A stretch of DNA of 64,000 nt from Vicugna vicugna (lineage: Eukaryota). The notes under the pieces were generated by a model, which did not search any database, had not been told where the DNA came from, and saw only the letters and a list, made by a program, of their open reading frames with translations. The stretch covers positions 137,202-201,201 of the forward strand of contig MU057959.1 of assembly GCA_013265495.1 (NCBI GenBank), read 5' to 3'. Position 1 is the first letter of the stretch. Each line of letters opens with the position of its first letter. Of the stretch, positions 39,143-50,900 are shown piece after piece. Position numbers and translations under genes: made by a program.

Positions 39143-39505
39143 CTTTTTTTTTTTTTTTACATTTTTTATTGAAGTATAGTCAGTTTACAATGTTGTATAA
39201 ATTTCTGGTGTACAGCACAGTGCTTCAGTCATACATGAATATACATAGATTCATTGTCACATTTTTTTTTCACTGTGAGCCACCTCTAGATCTTGTATAT
39301 ATTTCCCTGTGCTGTACAGTGTAATCTTGTTTATCTATTCTGCATATGCCTGTCAGTATCTACAAATTTTGAATTCCCAGTCTGTCCCTTGCCATCCCCT
39401 ACCCCCTTGGCAGCCACAAGTTTATATTCTATGTCTATGAGCTATGAGTCTGTTTCTGTTTTGTATTTATGTTCTTTTTTTTTTTTTTTTTTTTTTTCAC
39501 TTTAA

Positions 39506-39541
<36 letters not shown>

Positions 39542-42500
39542 TTTTTTTTCTTTACTACTTACTTCACTTACAGTGACATTCTCCAGGAGCATCCATGTTG
39601 CTGCAAATGGTGTTATGTTGTCAGTTTTTATGGCTGAATAATATTCTGTTGTATAAATATACCGCATCTTCTTTATCCAGTCATCTGTTGATGGATATTT
39701 AGGCTGTTTCCATGTCTTGGCTATTGTGAATAGTGCTGCTATGAACATTGGGTTGCAGGGTATTTTCAAATTAGAGTTTTCTTCAAATACATGCCCAGGA
39801 GTAGGATTGCTGGATCACATGGTAAATCTATCTTTAGTTTTTTAAGGAATCTCCATAGTGTTCTCCATGGTGACTGTACCAGTTTACATTCCCACTGACA
39901 GTGATGGAGAGCTCCCTTTTCTCCACACCCTCTTTAGCAGCTATCACTTGTAGACTTTTCAATGATGGCCATTCTGACTGATATGAAGTGGTATCTCATT
40001 GTAGATTTGATCTGAATTTCTCTGACAAATGGAGGTGCTGAGCATTTTTTCATATGCCTATTGGGTACTTGTATGTCTCCATTGGATAATTGCTTGTTTA
40101 AGTCTTCAGCCCATTTTTGGATTGTGTTTCTTGTTTCTTTGATATTAAGGTGTATGTGCTGTTTGTATATTTTGCAAATTAGTCCCTTGTCAGTCACATC
40201 ATTTGCAAATATTTTCTCCAGCTCTGTAAATTGTCTTTTCATCTTGTTGATGGTACCTTTAGCTCTGCAAAAGCTTTTAAAGTTTAGTTAGACCCCACTT
40301 GTTTACTTTTGGTTTTAATTCCAATACTTCAGGAGCTGACTCAAAAATATATTGCTGTAATGTATGTCTGTGAGTCATCTGCCTATGTTTTCCTCTCGGA
40401 GTTTTATCATATCTGGTCTTACATTTAGGTCTTGAATCCATTTTGTGTTTATTTTGTACACGGTGTTATGGAATGTTCTAACTTCAGTCTTTTAGAGGTA
40501 GCTATTCAGTTTTACCCAACACCACTTATTGAAGAGACTGTCTTTTCTCCATTGAATATCCTTCTCTCCTTTGTCATAGATAAGTTGACCACATGTGCAT
40601 GGGTTTATTTCTGGAATTTCTATCCTGTTGCATTGATCTATGTGTCTGTTTTTATGCCAGTACCATACTGTTTTGATTACTGTAGCTTTTTAATATTGTC
40701 TGAGGTCAGGGATCATGATTCCTCCCGCTCTGTTCTTCTTTTTCAAGATTGTTTTGGCTATTTGGTATGTTTTGTGTTTCCATACAAATTTTAACATTTT
40801 TTGTTCCAACTCTGTGAAGAATGTCATTCGTAACTTGCTAGGGATTGCATTGAATCTGTAAATTGCCTTGGGCAGTATGGCCCTTTTAGCAATATTGATT
40901 CTTTCAATCCAGGAACATCGTATATCTTTTCATTCGTTTATATCATCTTCAATTACTTTCATCAGTGTCTTATTGTTTTCGACATACAGGTCTTTTGCCT
41001 CCTTGGGTAGGTGTAGTCCTAGGTATCTTATTATTTTTGGTGTGATGGTAAATGATAACATTTCCTCAATTTCCCTATTTCATTGTTAGTGTATAGAAGT
41101 GCAACTGATTTATGTATATTAGTTTTGTATCCTGTGACTTTACCATTGTCATTTAATGAATTCTAGTAGTTTTCTGGTTGCTTCTTTAGGGTTTTTTCTG
41201 TGTTTAGTATCATGTCAGCTGCAAACAGTGACCGTTTTACTTGTTCTTTTTGGATTCCTCGTATTTCTCTTTCTTTGATTGCTATGCCTAAGACTTCCAA
41301 AACTATGTTGAGTAAAAGTGGCAAGAGTGGGCATCCTTGTCTTGTTCCAGATCTTTGAAGGAATTCTTTCAGCTTTTCCCCTTTAGGTATAATGTTAGCT
41401 GTAGGTTTTTTCACATATGGCCTTTATTATATTGAGGTATGTTCAGTCTGTGCCCACTTTCTGGAGAGTTTTGATCATAAATGGGTGTTGAATTTTATCA
41501 AAAGGTTTTCCAGCATCTATTGAGAGTATTACATGGTTTTCATTCTTCAATTTGTTAATATGGCGTATCATGTTGAATTATTTGTATATATTGAAAAATC
41601 CCTGCTTTCCTGGAATAAATCCAACTTGAGCATGATGTATGATCCTTTTAATGTATTGTTGGAGTTGATTTGCTAGTATTTTGTTGAGGATTTTTACAAC
41701 TATGTTCATAAGTGATATTGGCCTATAATTCTTTTCTTTCTTTTTTTTTTTTTTGTGATATCCGTGTCTGGTTTTGGTATCAGGGTAATGATGGCCTCAT
41801 AGAATGAGTCTGGAAATGTTCCTTACTCTGCAATTGTTTGGAGTACTTTCAGAAGGATAGGTGTTAACTCTTCTCTAAATGTTTGGTAGAATTCACCTGT
41901 GAAGCCATCTGGTCCTGGACTTTTGTTTGTTGGGAGGTTTTTAATTACTGATTCAATTTCAGTGCTGGTAATTGGTCTGTTCGTATTGTCTATTTCTTCC
42001 TGGTTTATTCTTGGCAGATTGTACCTTTCTAAGAAATTGTCCATTTCTTCTGTGTTTTTGCTTTTGTTGACATATATTTGCTCATAGTATCCTCTTATGA
42101 TCCCTTGTATTTCCGTGGTGTCAGTCGTAACTTCTCCTTTTTCTTTTCTGATTTTGTTATTTTGGGCCCTCTCTCTTTTTCCTAATGAGTCTGACTAAAG
42201 GTTTATCAGTTTTCTTTATCTTTTCAAAGAACCAGCTTTTTGTTTTGTTGATCTTTTCTATTTTTTTTAACTCTCTATTTCATTTATTTCTGGTCTAATC
42301 TTTATGATTTCTTTTCTTCTAATAACTTTGGGGTGTGTTTTTTCTTCTTTCTCCAGGTTCTTGAGGTGTAACAGTAGGTTGTTGACTTGAGAATTTTCTT
42401 GTTTCCTGAGGTATCCTTGTGTTGCTAGAAACTTCCCTCTGAGAACTTCTGCTGCTGCCTCCCAGAGGTTTTGGATTGTTGTGTGTTCCTTTTCAGTTGT

Positions 42501-43351
42501 CTCAAAGTATGTTTTGATTTCCTCTTTGATTTCTCCCATGATTCCCTGGTTGTATAGTAACATATTGTTCAGCCTCCACATGTTTGCAGTTTCTGCACTT
42601 TTTTTTTTTTTGTATTTGATTACTAGTCTAATAGCATTGTGGTCTGAAGATGTGCTTGGTATGATTTCATTTCTCTTAAATTTGCTGAGGCTAGCTTTGT
42701 GGGCCAGCATGTGGTTGATTTCTGAGAATGTTCCATGTGTATCTGAGAAGAATGTGTATTCTGTTGTTTTTGGGTGGAATGCTCTGTAGATATCAATTAT
42801 GTCCATCTGGTCTAATGTGTAATTTAGGGCCTGTATTTCCTTACTGATTTTCTGTCTGGATGATCTGTCCATTGGTGTAAGTGGGGTGTTAAGGTCCCCC
42901 ATTATTATTGTGTTATTGTCAGTTTCCCCTTTTATGTCTATTAACAATTGCCTTATATATTGAGGTGCTCCTGTGTTGAGTGTATATATATTTACAACTG
43001 TTCTATCCTCTTCTTGGATTGACCCCTTAAGCAGTATGTAGTGCCCTTCTTTGTCTCTTGTAACAGTCTTTATTTTAAAATCTATTTTCTCTGATAGAAG
43101 TATTGCTACTTCAGCTTTCTTTTGCTTTCTGTTTGCATAGAATATCTTTTTCCATCCCCCTCACTTTTAACCTGCACATGTCTCTAGCTCTGAAGTGGTT
43201 CTCTTGCAGACAGCATTTATATGGGTCTTGTTTTTATGTCCATTCAGCCAGTCTGTGTCTTTTGTTTGGAGCACTTAATCCATTTACATTTAAGAAGATA
43301 GGTGTATTCATACTGCCATTTTGTTAATTGTTTTGGACTTGTTTTTATAGG

Positions 43352-43382
<31 letters not shown>

Positions 43383-45385
43383 TCTTTTTGTTCTTGTTTC
43401 TTGTGCTTTGATGACTAGAGAAGGTCCTTTAATATTTCTTGTAAAGCTGGTTTGGAGGTGCTGAATTCTTTTAGCTTTCGTTTGTCTGTGAAACTTTTGA
43501 TTTCTCCATCAAGTCTAAATGATAGCCTTGCTGGATAAAGTATTCTTGACTATAGGTATTTCCCTTTCATAACTTTAAATATATCATGCCCCTTCCTTCC
43601 AGCCTGAAGGATTTCTGCTGATAAATCAGCTGTTAACCTTAGGGGAGCTCCCTTGTATGTTATTTGTTGGTTTTGTCCTGCTGATTTTAATACTCTCTCT
43701 TCATCCTTAATTTTTGTGAATTTGGTTAGTATGTTCCTTGTTGTGTTCCTCTTTGGTTTGATCCTGTGTGGGACTCTCTGAGCTTCCTGGACTTGGCTGA
43801 CTGTTTCCTTTCCTGTGTTAGGGAAGCTTTCAGTTAGTATCTCTTTAAAATTTTTCTCAGGTCCTTTCTCCCTTTCTTCATTTTCTTGGACCTTTATAAT
43901 GTGAATATTGCTATGATACATAGTGTCCCAGAGTTCTGTTAAAATTTTTTCATTTATTTCCATTCTTTTTTCTTTTTTCTGTTCTGCAATGGTGGTTTCC
44001 ACTATTCTGTCTTCTAGTTCACTAATCCACTCTTCTGCCTTGTTTAGCCTATTATTGGTTCTTTCTAATGTGTTAACTCATTTCAATAATTTTGTTCTTC
44101 AACTCTGTTTGGGTATTCTTTATATTTCCCAGCTCTTCGCTAAAAACTTCATTCTGTGCATCTATACTTTTCTTAAGTTTTCTGAACATCTTCACCATCA
44201 TCATTTTAAACTGTTTCTCAGATAAGTTGCCTATTTCCTCATCACTTATTTCTTCTTTGATTTTACCTTGTGTGTTGTCCTGGAGGATATTCCTCTGCCA
44301 CCTCATTTTGTCTATCTTTCTCTTTGTGTTTTTAGATGGGCTACTTATGATTCTCAAACTTGGAGAAGTGGCCCTCTGTGGGAGATGTCCTATGTGTCCC
44401 AGCAGTACACTTCTCTCTTGTCACGCAAGGGGCACTGTTGAGCTGGTCCCAGTGTAGGGTCTGGCCTGTGTTTGTGGATTCCTTCCATAAGCTTGGGGCA
44501 ATTGTTTCCCTATTTCTAGTGTCTGCCCCTGGTGGATGAGGCTGTGCTGGAGGCATATGTAGATTTCCTGGCAGAAGGGGTTGGTGTCTGCCCACTGCTG
44601 GTGAAACTTGGCCTGGAACTCTTGTGGGTAGGGCCCTTCCTAGAGGCATTTGCTGCTCAGAACGTGTGCTGATGTGTGAGGCTGTGTTTCCACCCCGTGT
44701 GTTGTTTGGCCTGAGGGTTCCCAGCTCTTAAGCCTACAGGCTGTTGGGTGGGCCTGGGTCTTAGTGTCATTAATCCAATCAAGATGCCAGCGTCCAGGGA
44801 AGCTCATGTGGATGAACACTCCTGGAATGTCTGTCACCAGCTTCTGTGTCCCCAGGGTGAGCTGCAGCAGTCCCTTGACTCCCCAGGAGATCTTCCAAAA
44901 CCAGCAGTCTGGTCTGGCCCAGGTTCCTATGCAATCATTGTCTCTGCCCCTGGACCTATTGCACATAAGATCCCGTGCATGCCTCCCAAGAGAGTTAAGT
45001 CTCTGTCTCTCTCAGCCCTGTGGGGCTCCTGAAGTTAAGCCCCACTGGCCTTCAAAACCAGAAGTCCTGGTGTCTTCTCCCACCGCTGGAACCCTGGTTG
45101 GCAGCCAGATGTGAGGCTCAGAACTCTCCTGTGGGATTACCTCTGTGACTTAATTGTTCTTCAGCTTGTGGGTTGCCCACCCAGAGGATATGGGCCCCGA
45201 CTATATCGTGAGTGCGTGCTTCCTGCCTTTCTGTTGTGGTTCTGTCTCAGTGTTTCCTGTTCAAGCAGATCCTTTTTGCTGGACTCTAGTCTTTTTTCTC
45301 AATGGCTGTCCAGAAGTCAGTTGTGGGTTTTATTGTGGTTGCAAGGAGAGGCAACTTTGTGGTTCTACTACTCCGCCATCTTGAT
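39143..45385 (-). mobile_element. Full-length degenerate LINE-1 (5' UTR 45385-44305, ORF1 ~44303-43410, ORF2 ~43319-39520, 3' UTR and poly-A)
   Basis: ORF-track ORF1 (RVPHRIKPKRNTTRNIL..RLTADLSAE), endonuclease (IIMGDLNTPL..SDHNAIRL) and RT ([29 protein letters not shown]) fragments; start tcaagatggcggagtag; multiple stops and frameshifts. Confidence 0.95.
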
Positions 45386-46754
45386 TCAATCTCTCCAGAC
45401 CTTCAACTTCTTGATACAAAATTCTGTGAGGACATATTGCTTTTCCTTGATGAAGACAACAGAGATTTTTGGTTTCATCTTGAGTCAATTCTTGTAATTG
45501 CCCTTTCAGGAAATATGTCCATTTGATCAAAATATTACTTTGGTCAGCATAACTTTGCTTAATATTTTTCTGTTCTCTGTATTTCTGGGGGATTTGTAGT
45601 GAGAACCTCCTTTCCTTTATCATAGTGCTGTCACAAATACATACCTTATACACACGTATGTGTATGAACGTGCAATATTTCACAGTTTTTGCACTTGTTT
45701 GTGCCACATCCTAGCTTCCAACATTCCCTGAGGCGCTCATGTCAGATTCACCCCCTCCCTCTCTACTCAGTCACCTGTCTATATATCCACTCCCCAATCC
45801 AGAATTTCCACTTACTCTTTAGACCATCATCAGAGTCCACACATAGACCTCTTTTACATGAGAGGAGAATTCATATACGGCCATCACATTTCTATTACAT
45901 CCTTCCAAAGCCATAGTAACCTTCCTTACTAGTGCCTTTGACTTTGGCCAACAGGAGCCCATCAGGAGACCATTTCTGTGTAGCAACTCAAAGACGTATT
46001 CTATAAAATATCACTGAGGTTTAGTTTTAACTCCCCAGGCCTTGGGGAGTTCTCTTTCCTCTCTGTAAGATGTAATGTACAGGCTTTCATAGGTGGTGGA
46101 CACCTTGAGGACCTTGTTGAGCTTCTCCGTGTCTTCTGCCCATTCCTTGGAGATGCCTATATCTCTTGCTCTTTGGAAACAAAGAGGGAGGAATACCAAT
46201 TTCAGATCCTGTGTTCTGTGTGTGCAGTTACAACTTCCCACCTGAGCTCTCGGTCACCTTCTTCCTCCATCACCACGCTGTCTTCATTGTGCTGTGGAGT
46301 GATCACATCTTAGATGCTGCCCGTCTTTGATGACTCGTGACCTATTAATAGCAACTACCAGTCTTTCTGCTCAATTTCAGACATAATGTGCTGTGGGAAA
46401 AGGCATGTTTCGTTGGTTATGGGGCAGGGCATCTCCCACTTTCCCTGCATGTATTTGAATGAGTCCCACACACATTTCTTTCCCCACAATGAATAAGGTG
46501 CCCTGTGAGGACTCTTTGTTGACCACAGTGCCCCATCCCCCTGCCATAAAGTGCCTATAGTCCTCTCCCCTTTCCCATGATTATGTAGCCCTTTTTCTCC
46601 CTCTCACCAGGACAGCATTAGGACGTCTCTGTTTAACCCTTATCAGATTGACTCTGGTGGGACATCTGTCCTATTAAAGACACATTTTCCTGGATGTTTA
46701 ATGTTGCTCTTTGTGAGTTTTAAATTAAGTGAGTTTCTGCACAGATGCACATGC

Positions 46755-46968
46755 ACAGAGTGCTTATTAAATCAATTTATTTGAACCCTCAGAAATCAAA
46801 TACCACCGAAAAGGACATGAATGCTGAGCAGGAGAGACAAAGTGGAAAGGAAGTATGATTATGGAGAGAGAGATGGATGATGTTATGTGGGAACCAGGAA
46901 TGCTGTCTCCATATTGTTGATCCTGATTCCAACGAGAAGATGACATGCCTGGTTCTCTGTGACATGTC
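46755..46968 (-). other. Gene C exon 7 (3' UTR)
   Basis: CTAAC branch point, cacctacag acceptor (46969-46970); AATAAA at 46776-46781. Confidence 0.75.
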
Positions 46969-47906
46969 CTGTAGGTGAATAAAACAGGACAGAGGTTAGT
47001 TGAGTTAACTGTATGACAGGTGACAGGGCTCAGCCTCAGGGAGTAGGTTGTCCAAGGACACAGTAGCTGCTAGTAAATCCAGTGGGCAGATTCCACGTGG
47101 AACTTACTACTCCTCATGTGTCTGATGTGTGGGTATCTATTGGGAATTCCCCCAAGGATGTACATGTGGTAGGGCCTGTCCTGTGTAGGATTGATTCTAG
47201 GATTTTTTGTGATTTCAGGATGTATGCTTATGGAGTGGTTCATCTAATAATGATTGACAGGATCTGTGATTGAGTTACACTTTTATTGTCTAATTTCAGG
47301 TTTCATCTTTAGTTGACTAAAGAATTATATTCACCTGTAAGCAGATGGGGTTTTTATCTTTGCATTTAAAGATCTCAACTTAAAAAAAATCATGTTCTGA
47401 AGGGAAATATACAACAAGGTGTGTTTCAGATAGCACGGTTTTCAGTGAGGCTGTCTCAGTTTTGTACAATTAAACGTTGCTTTTGCCGTAGTGGTAAGTT
47501 CTCTGTAAGTTCAGTTCTCCTGGACTTGGGCTGTATACGCACAACCATCAGGTCACGACTGACTGGGAAATTAATTAGTTTTCTACAACTTCTGGCAATT
47601 CCTGGTTCTCTCTAAGGTCTGATATCTGCATAAATCCTGCATGGTGGTGCTTTCTCACCAGAACAGCTCAGCTTTAATTGGCCACTCGTCTGTAATGTAG
47701 TAAGGCTCAAGAGAAGAAAAATAACCCTAATGTAAAAGAAAAATTCTTTAGTGACATAATTTAAATGATTTAGGCAAAAGATATTGTCACCTACAACATT
47801 TGGCCCATGTGAAATCTCAGCATTTCCTTACTGATTTATTTTCTAGAGCAGCAGTAACAACAGGTCATTTTTACTTACAGTTCGTGGTGTTGAAGTCCTC
47901 TTTCAT

Positions 47907-47926
47907 TCACAAGTCAGGACAGTCGT
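47907..47926 (-). CDS. OBP: Gene C exon 6 coding part (DDCPDL*)
   Basis: ttcctgccag acceptor; TGA at 47909-47907; donor after 47879. Confidence 0.85.
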
Positions 47927-50900
47927 CTGGCAGGAAATCAAAGAGGAAAGAATAAAAAAACTACCGAGTATTACCATTTCCCTATATGTCCAAGGTTTCA
48001 TTTTTTAAGTCATGGATTTTATAAAAGATTCACCATGGGAAAGAAATCTTAAATGAATCAGTTCGTTTCCTGACAGCCTATTTACATCCCCCATGAATGA
48101 TGTATTCAGGAAAAAGTGTAGTTTCATTACCAAGACTGATGATTTTCAGAATATTTTCTTCTGGAATCTCCTTCCCGATTGTCACCGACTTGAACGTCTC
48201 AAAGAGTGCGTCATCAATGTCATCTCCTTTGGCTGAAAAATAACCATGCGTAAAGCAGAATTTCACCCGTTAGAACCTCTGAAATATTCTGAATACAGAA
48301 TAAGAAACTGAATGTGCAGATCAGTTCTTCACTTGGTACATTTTTATCAGAGTTTCAAACTGACACAGACGTCTGCTGCCTGTGTTCAGGACACCCAGTC
48401 TGAGTCTGTAACTACTTTCTCTCCAGCATCAGCACCAAACTCCAAAGACTCATCAGGACCTGCAAGTATCTGGCGCTCAATTCATCACAGATGTGAAAAG
48501 TATTTCCTTCTTTATCAGCTTCCTAGAATCTATACCTGACATTCAAACCTTGTTCGGGTCCAAATATTCCAGAATTATGTTCTCGCCTCTCAGAAACACA
48601 TTGATCCTGTGACACATAGTCATGGGAGATGATTTATTCTTTAATGAAACCACAGTTCTAATCAGTACCTTCTTCAGATAGACACGTGTTGTCCCAGGGA
48701 CCAGAGCACACCTCGCAGTGAGCCCGTGTGGTCACCTGTGGTGATGTCCGCATTCGTCAGAACATGGCATGAGAGAAATTGAACAGGATAAAGATTTGTT
48801 TTAAGAGCTTCAGTTCCAGGGCTTACAAAGCATTGGGAAAGTGTCATAAAATGGAGAAACTGAGGTCAACTGGATCACAGCCATGGCTTGAAATTAATTG
48901 ACATGTTCAGAAACTGCTCTAAAAGAACTCAATTTTTAAAATTCTTAAATTTTAACACCTGGAACTTATTTTTAAATGTCATATGATCTGTTACTTCCCA
49001 CTGCTCCCAGCTCCTCTTTTTACGTTTGTTTCTTTGTAGATCACATCCCAGGACCCTTAATGAACATAATGACGTAGGTCTTGTCAGTGGGTAACGAGTT
49101 ATGTGTGCACATGCTGACTTTCTGAATACAAATACAAATGGGGATAGTAGGATGAGTTACATACCAAACACTACGGTCACTATGGTCTTTGTGCCTTCTT
49201 CATCCATGTTGATGTTAGATGCTATCAGGACATTTTCGGATGCTTGAATTATTTTGAATTCATTTGTACCAGCATCTGTGGGTGAGCAAGAACAGGCATG
49301 TATACTGATGCGTCTTCATTGATTGGGCATTAGCTTCATTTAGCTAATCAGCGGGTTAGCCACTAGCACACCTGTGTTGGTCCGTGTGTCACTGCATCCA
49401 TGCAGTGATGCTACGGCTCGTTAAGATGGCAGGGAAAGTGGGGTGGAGCTTCCTTATCACCTCCTTCTTATACAGGTAACATGGTCACATCTTGCAGGCT
49501 TACTATGGTGTTTTCTACCACATGTGTTCTAAGGAAGGCAACATGTTCTTTTTTTTTATCAACATGTGCATGTTATCACAAGCAAGTTCAAGAACTCTGC
49601 ATATTTCTTTACCCCAACAATGCAGTTGATTTCTCTCTGGGACCAAAAGTAGCTCGCCTCTCATCACTTGGTGTTATGTGTGCTGCCCTGTACCAGGCAC
49701 CTTCTGACACTGTATGAATGACTGCATTTCCTGTGTCTCGCAGTCTCACTGTGTGACGTCACAGATGTGCAGAGGCCACTGCTGTGTGGGTCGGTGTTAG
49801 GACAGGATTGCTCACCAGGATATAGAGGAAGTGACCACCTCCCAGTGACCACACACCCCCTGTGGGGTGCACCTCACCTCTCTGGCTCTGTCCATCCAGC
49901 TGCCACATTTCTGTTCAGAACGAGCGCTGATCTACTCTGTTACCTCTCAATCCATTCTCCCTTCTAGCCCTCCTGACACCTCATTGGAGTCACTCATCAG
50001 GATCTGATTTAAAACTGCCCAGCTGTTTTCCGAGAACACAAAAATACCATTGCCCACTCTCTGGAACCCTGAAACATCATGCTTCTGCCACAGCAAAGGC
50101 TAAGTTACAGCCAACACAGCTTGAGAGTTTCAGACAAGTGTGTGCATCTTACCCAAGGCCACCCCTAGTCCATGGGCCTTGGGTTCCACTGGGACAGTTT
50201 AAATCAGATTTCATGCATGTCCTCAGGTTCTCAGTCCCCACCTCTGTGATCCCTATGGTTTTACACAAGAGGGTTGCAGACAATTTCACAATGGGCTGTA
50301 CGTGTTTTGAAGGTGAGGGAGGCAGTGAGAGTAAGCGCATCTCCTGGGCCCCCTGTTGTGATCAAGGCGCTGCTGGTGCTGTGCTGGCCGTCGCTGCATG
50401 TTACGTCCCCAGAACAACGCTGGGAGGCTGCAACCGCTCACTCCCAAAGACTGTAGAACAGGCCAGCTGTTCCTTCCTCTCCCTTCTTAAATTGCCTTGT
50501 CAATATCCAGGTACAAAGGATTCCCCAAAATTTGGAAATTTAAATGAGGAGTTATAAAAGCATGTATGATGCAGTGAAAAGGAAATAATAATATAGGAAT
50601 ACAAAATAAAAACTTCATTTAGGTAATCTCTTGATATATAAGGTTACTGATGAATATGTAGGGAAATCCTTCCAGCATACATTTTACTAATTTGTGTTCC
50701 TTGCACGACCCCTGTGCTGTTTCTTGTGTTACACCAGGGTTGGGACCTTATATCGATACATTTAAATTTTCATCAATTATATACCCGACGCCATTTAAAT
50801 TTAGAAATGCTTTTAGGGCCGTTAGAAACAACATAGACATTGAAATCTCAGCCACCAGCCCCGTTGCTGTGAACACAAATGGTGTTTATGAAACAACAAG

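Larger units (their letters stand above)
25490..45385 (-). repeat. Segmental duplication unit 2 (carries lipocalin gene B)
   Basis: Collinear paralogy with units 1 and 3. Confidence 0.85.

Noticed and set aside
42267..44002. 226-aa and 150-aa ORFs as host genes or an active L1
   Set aside because: These are L1 endonuclease and ORF1 fragments in an element broken by stops and frameshifts.
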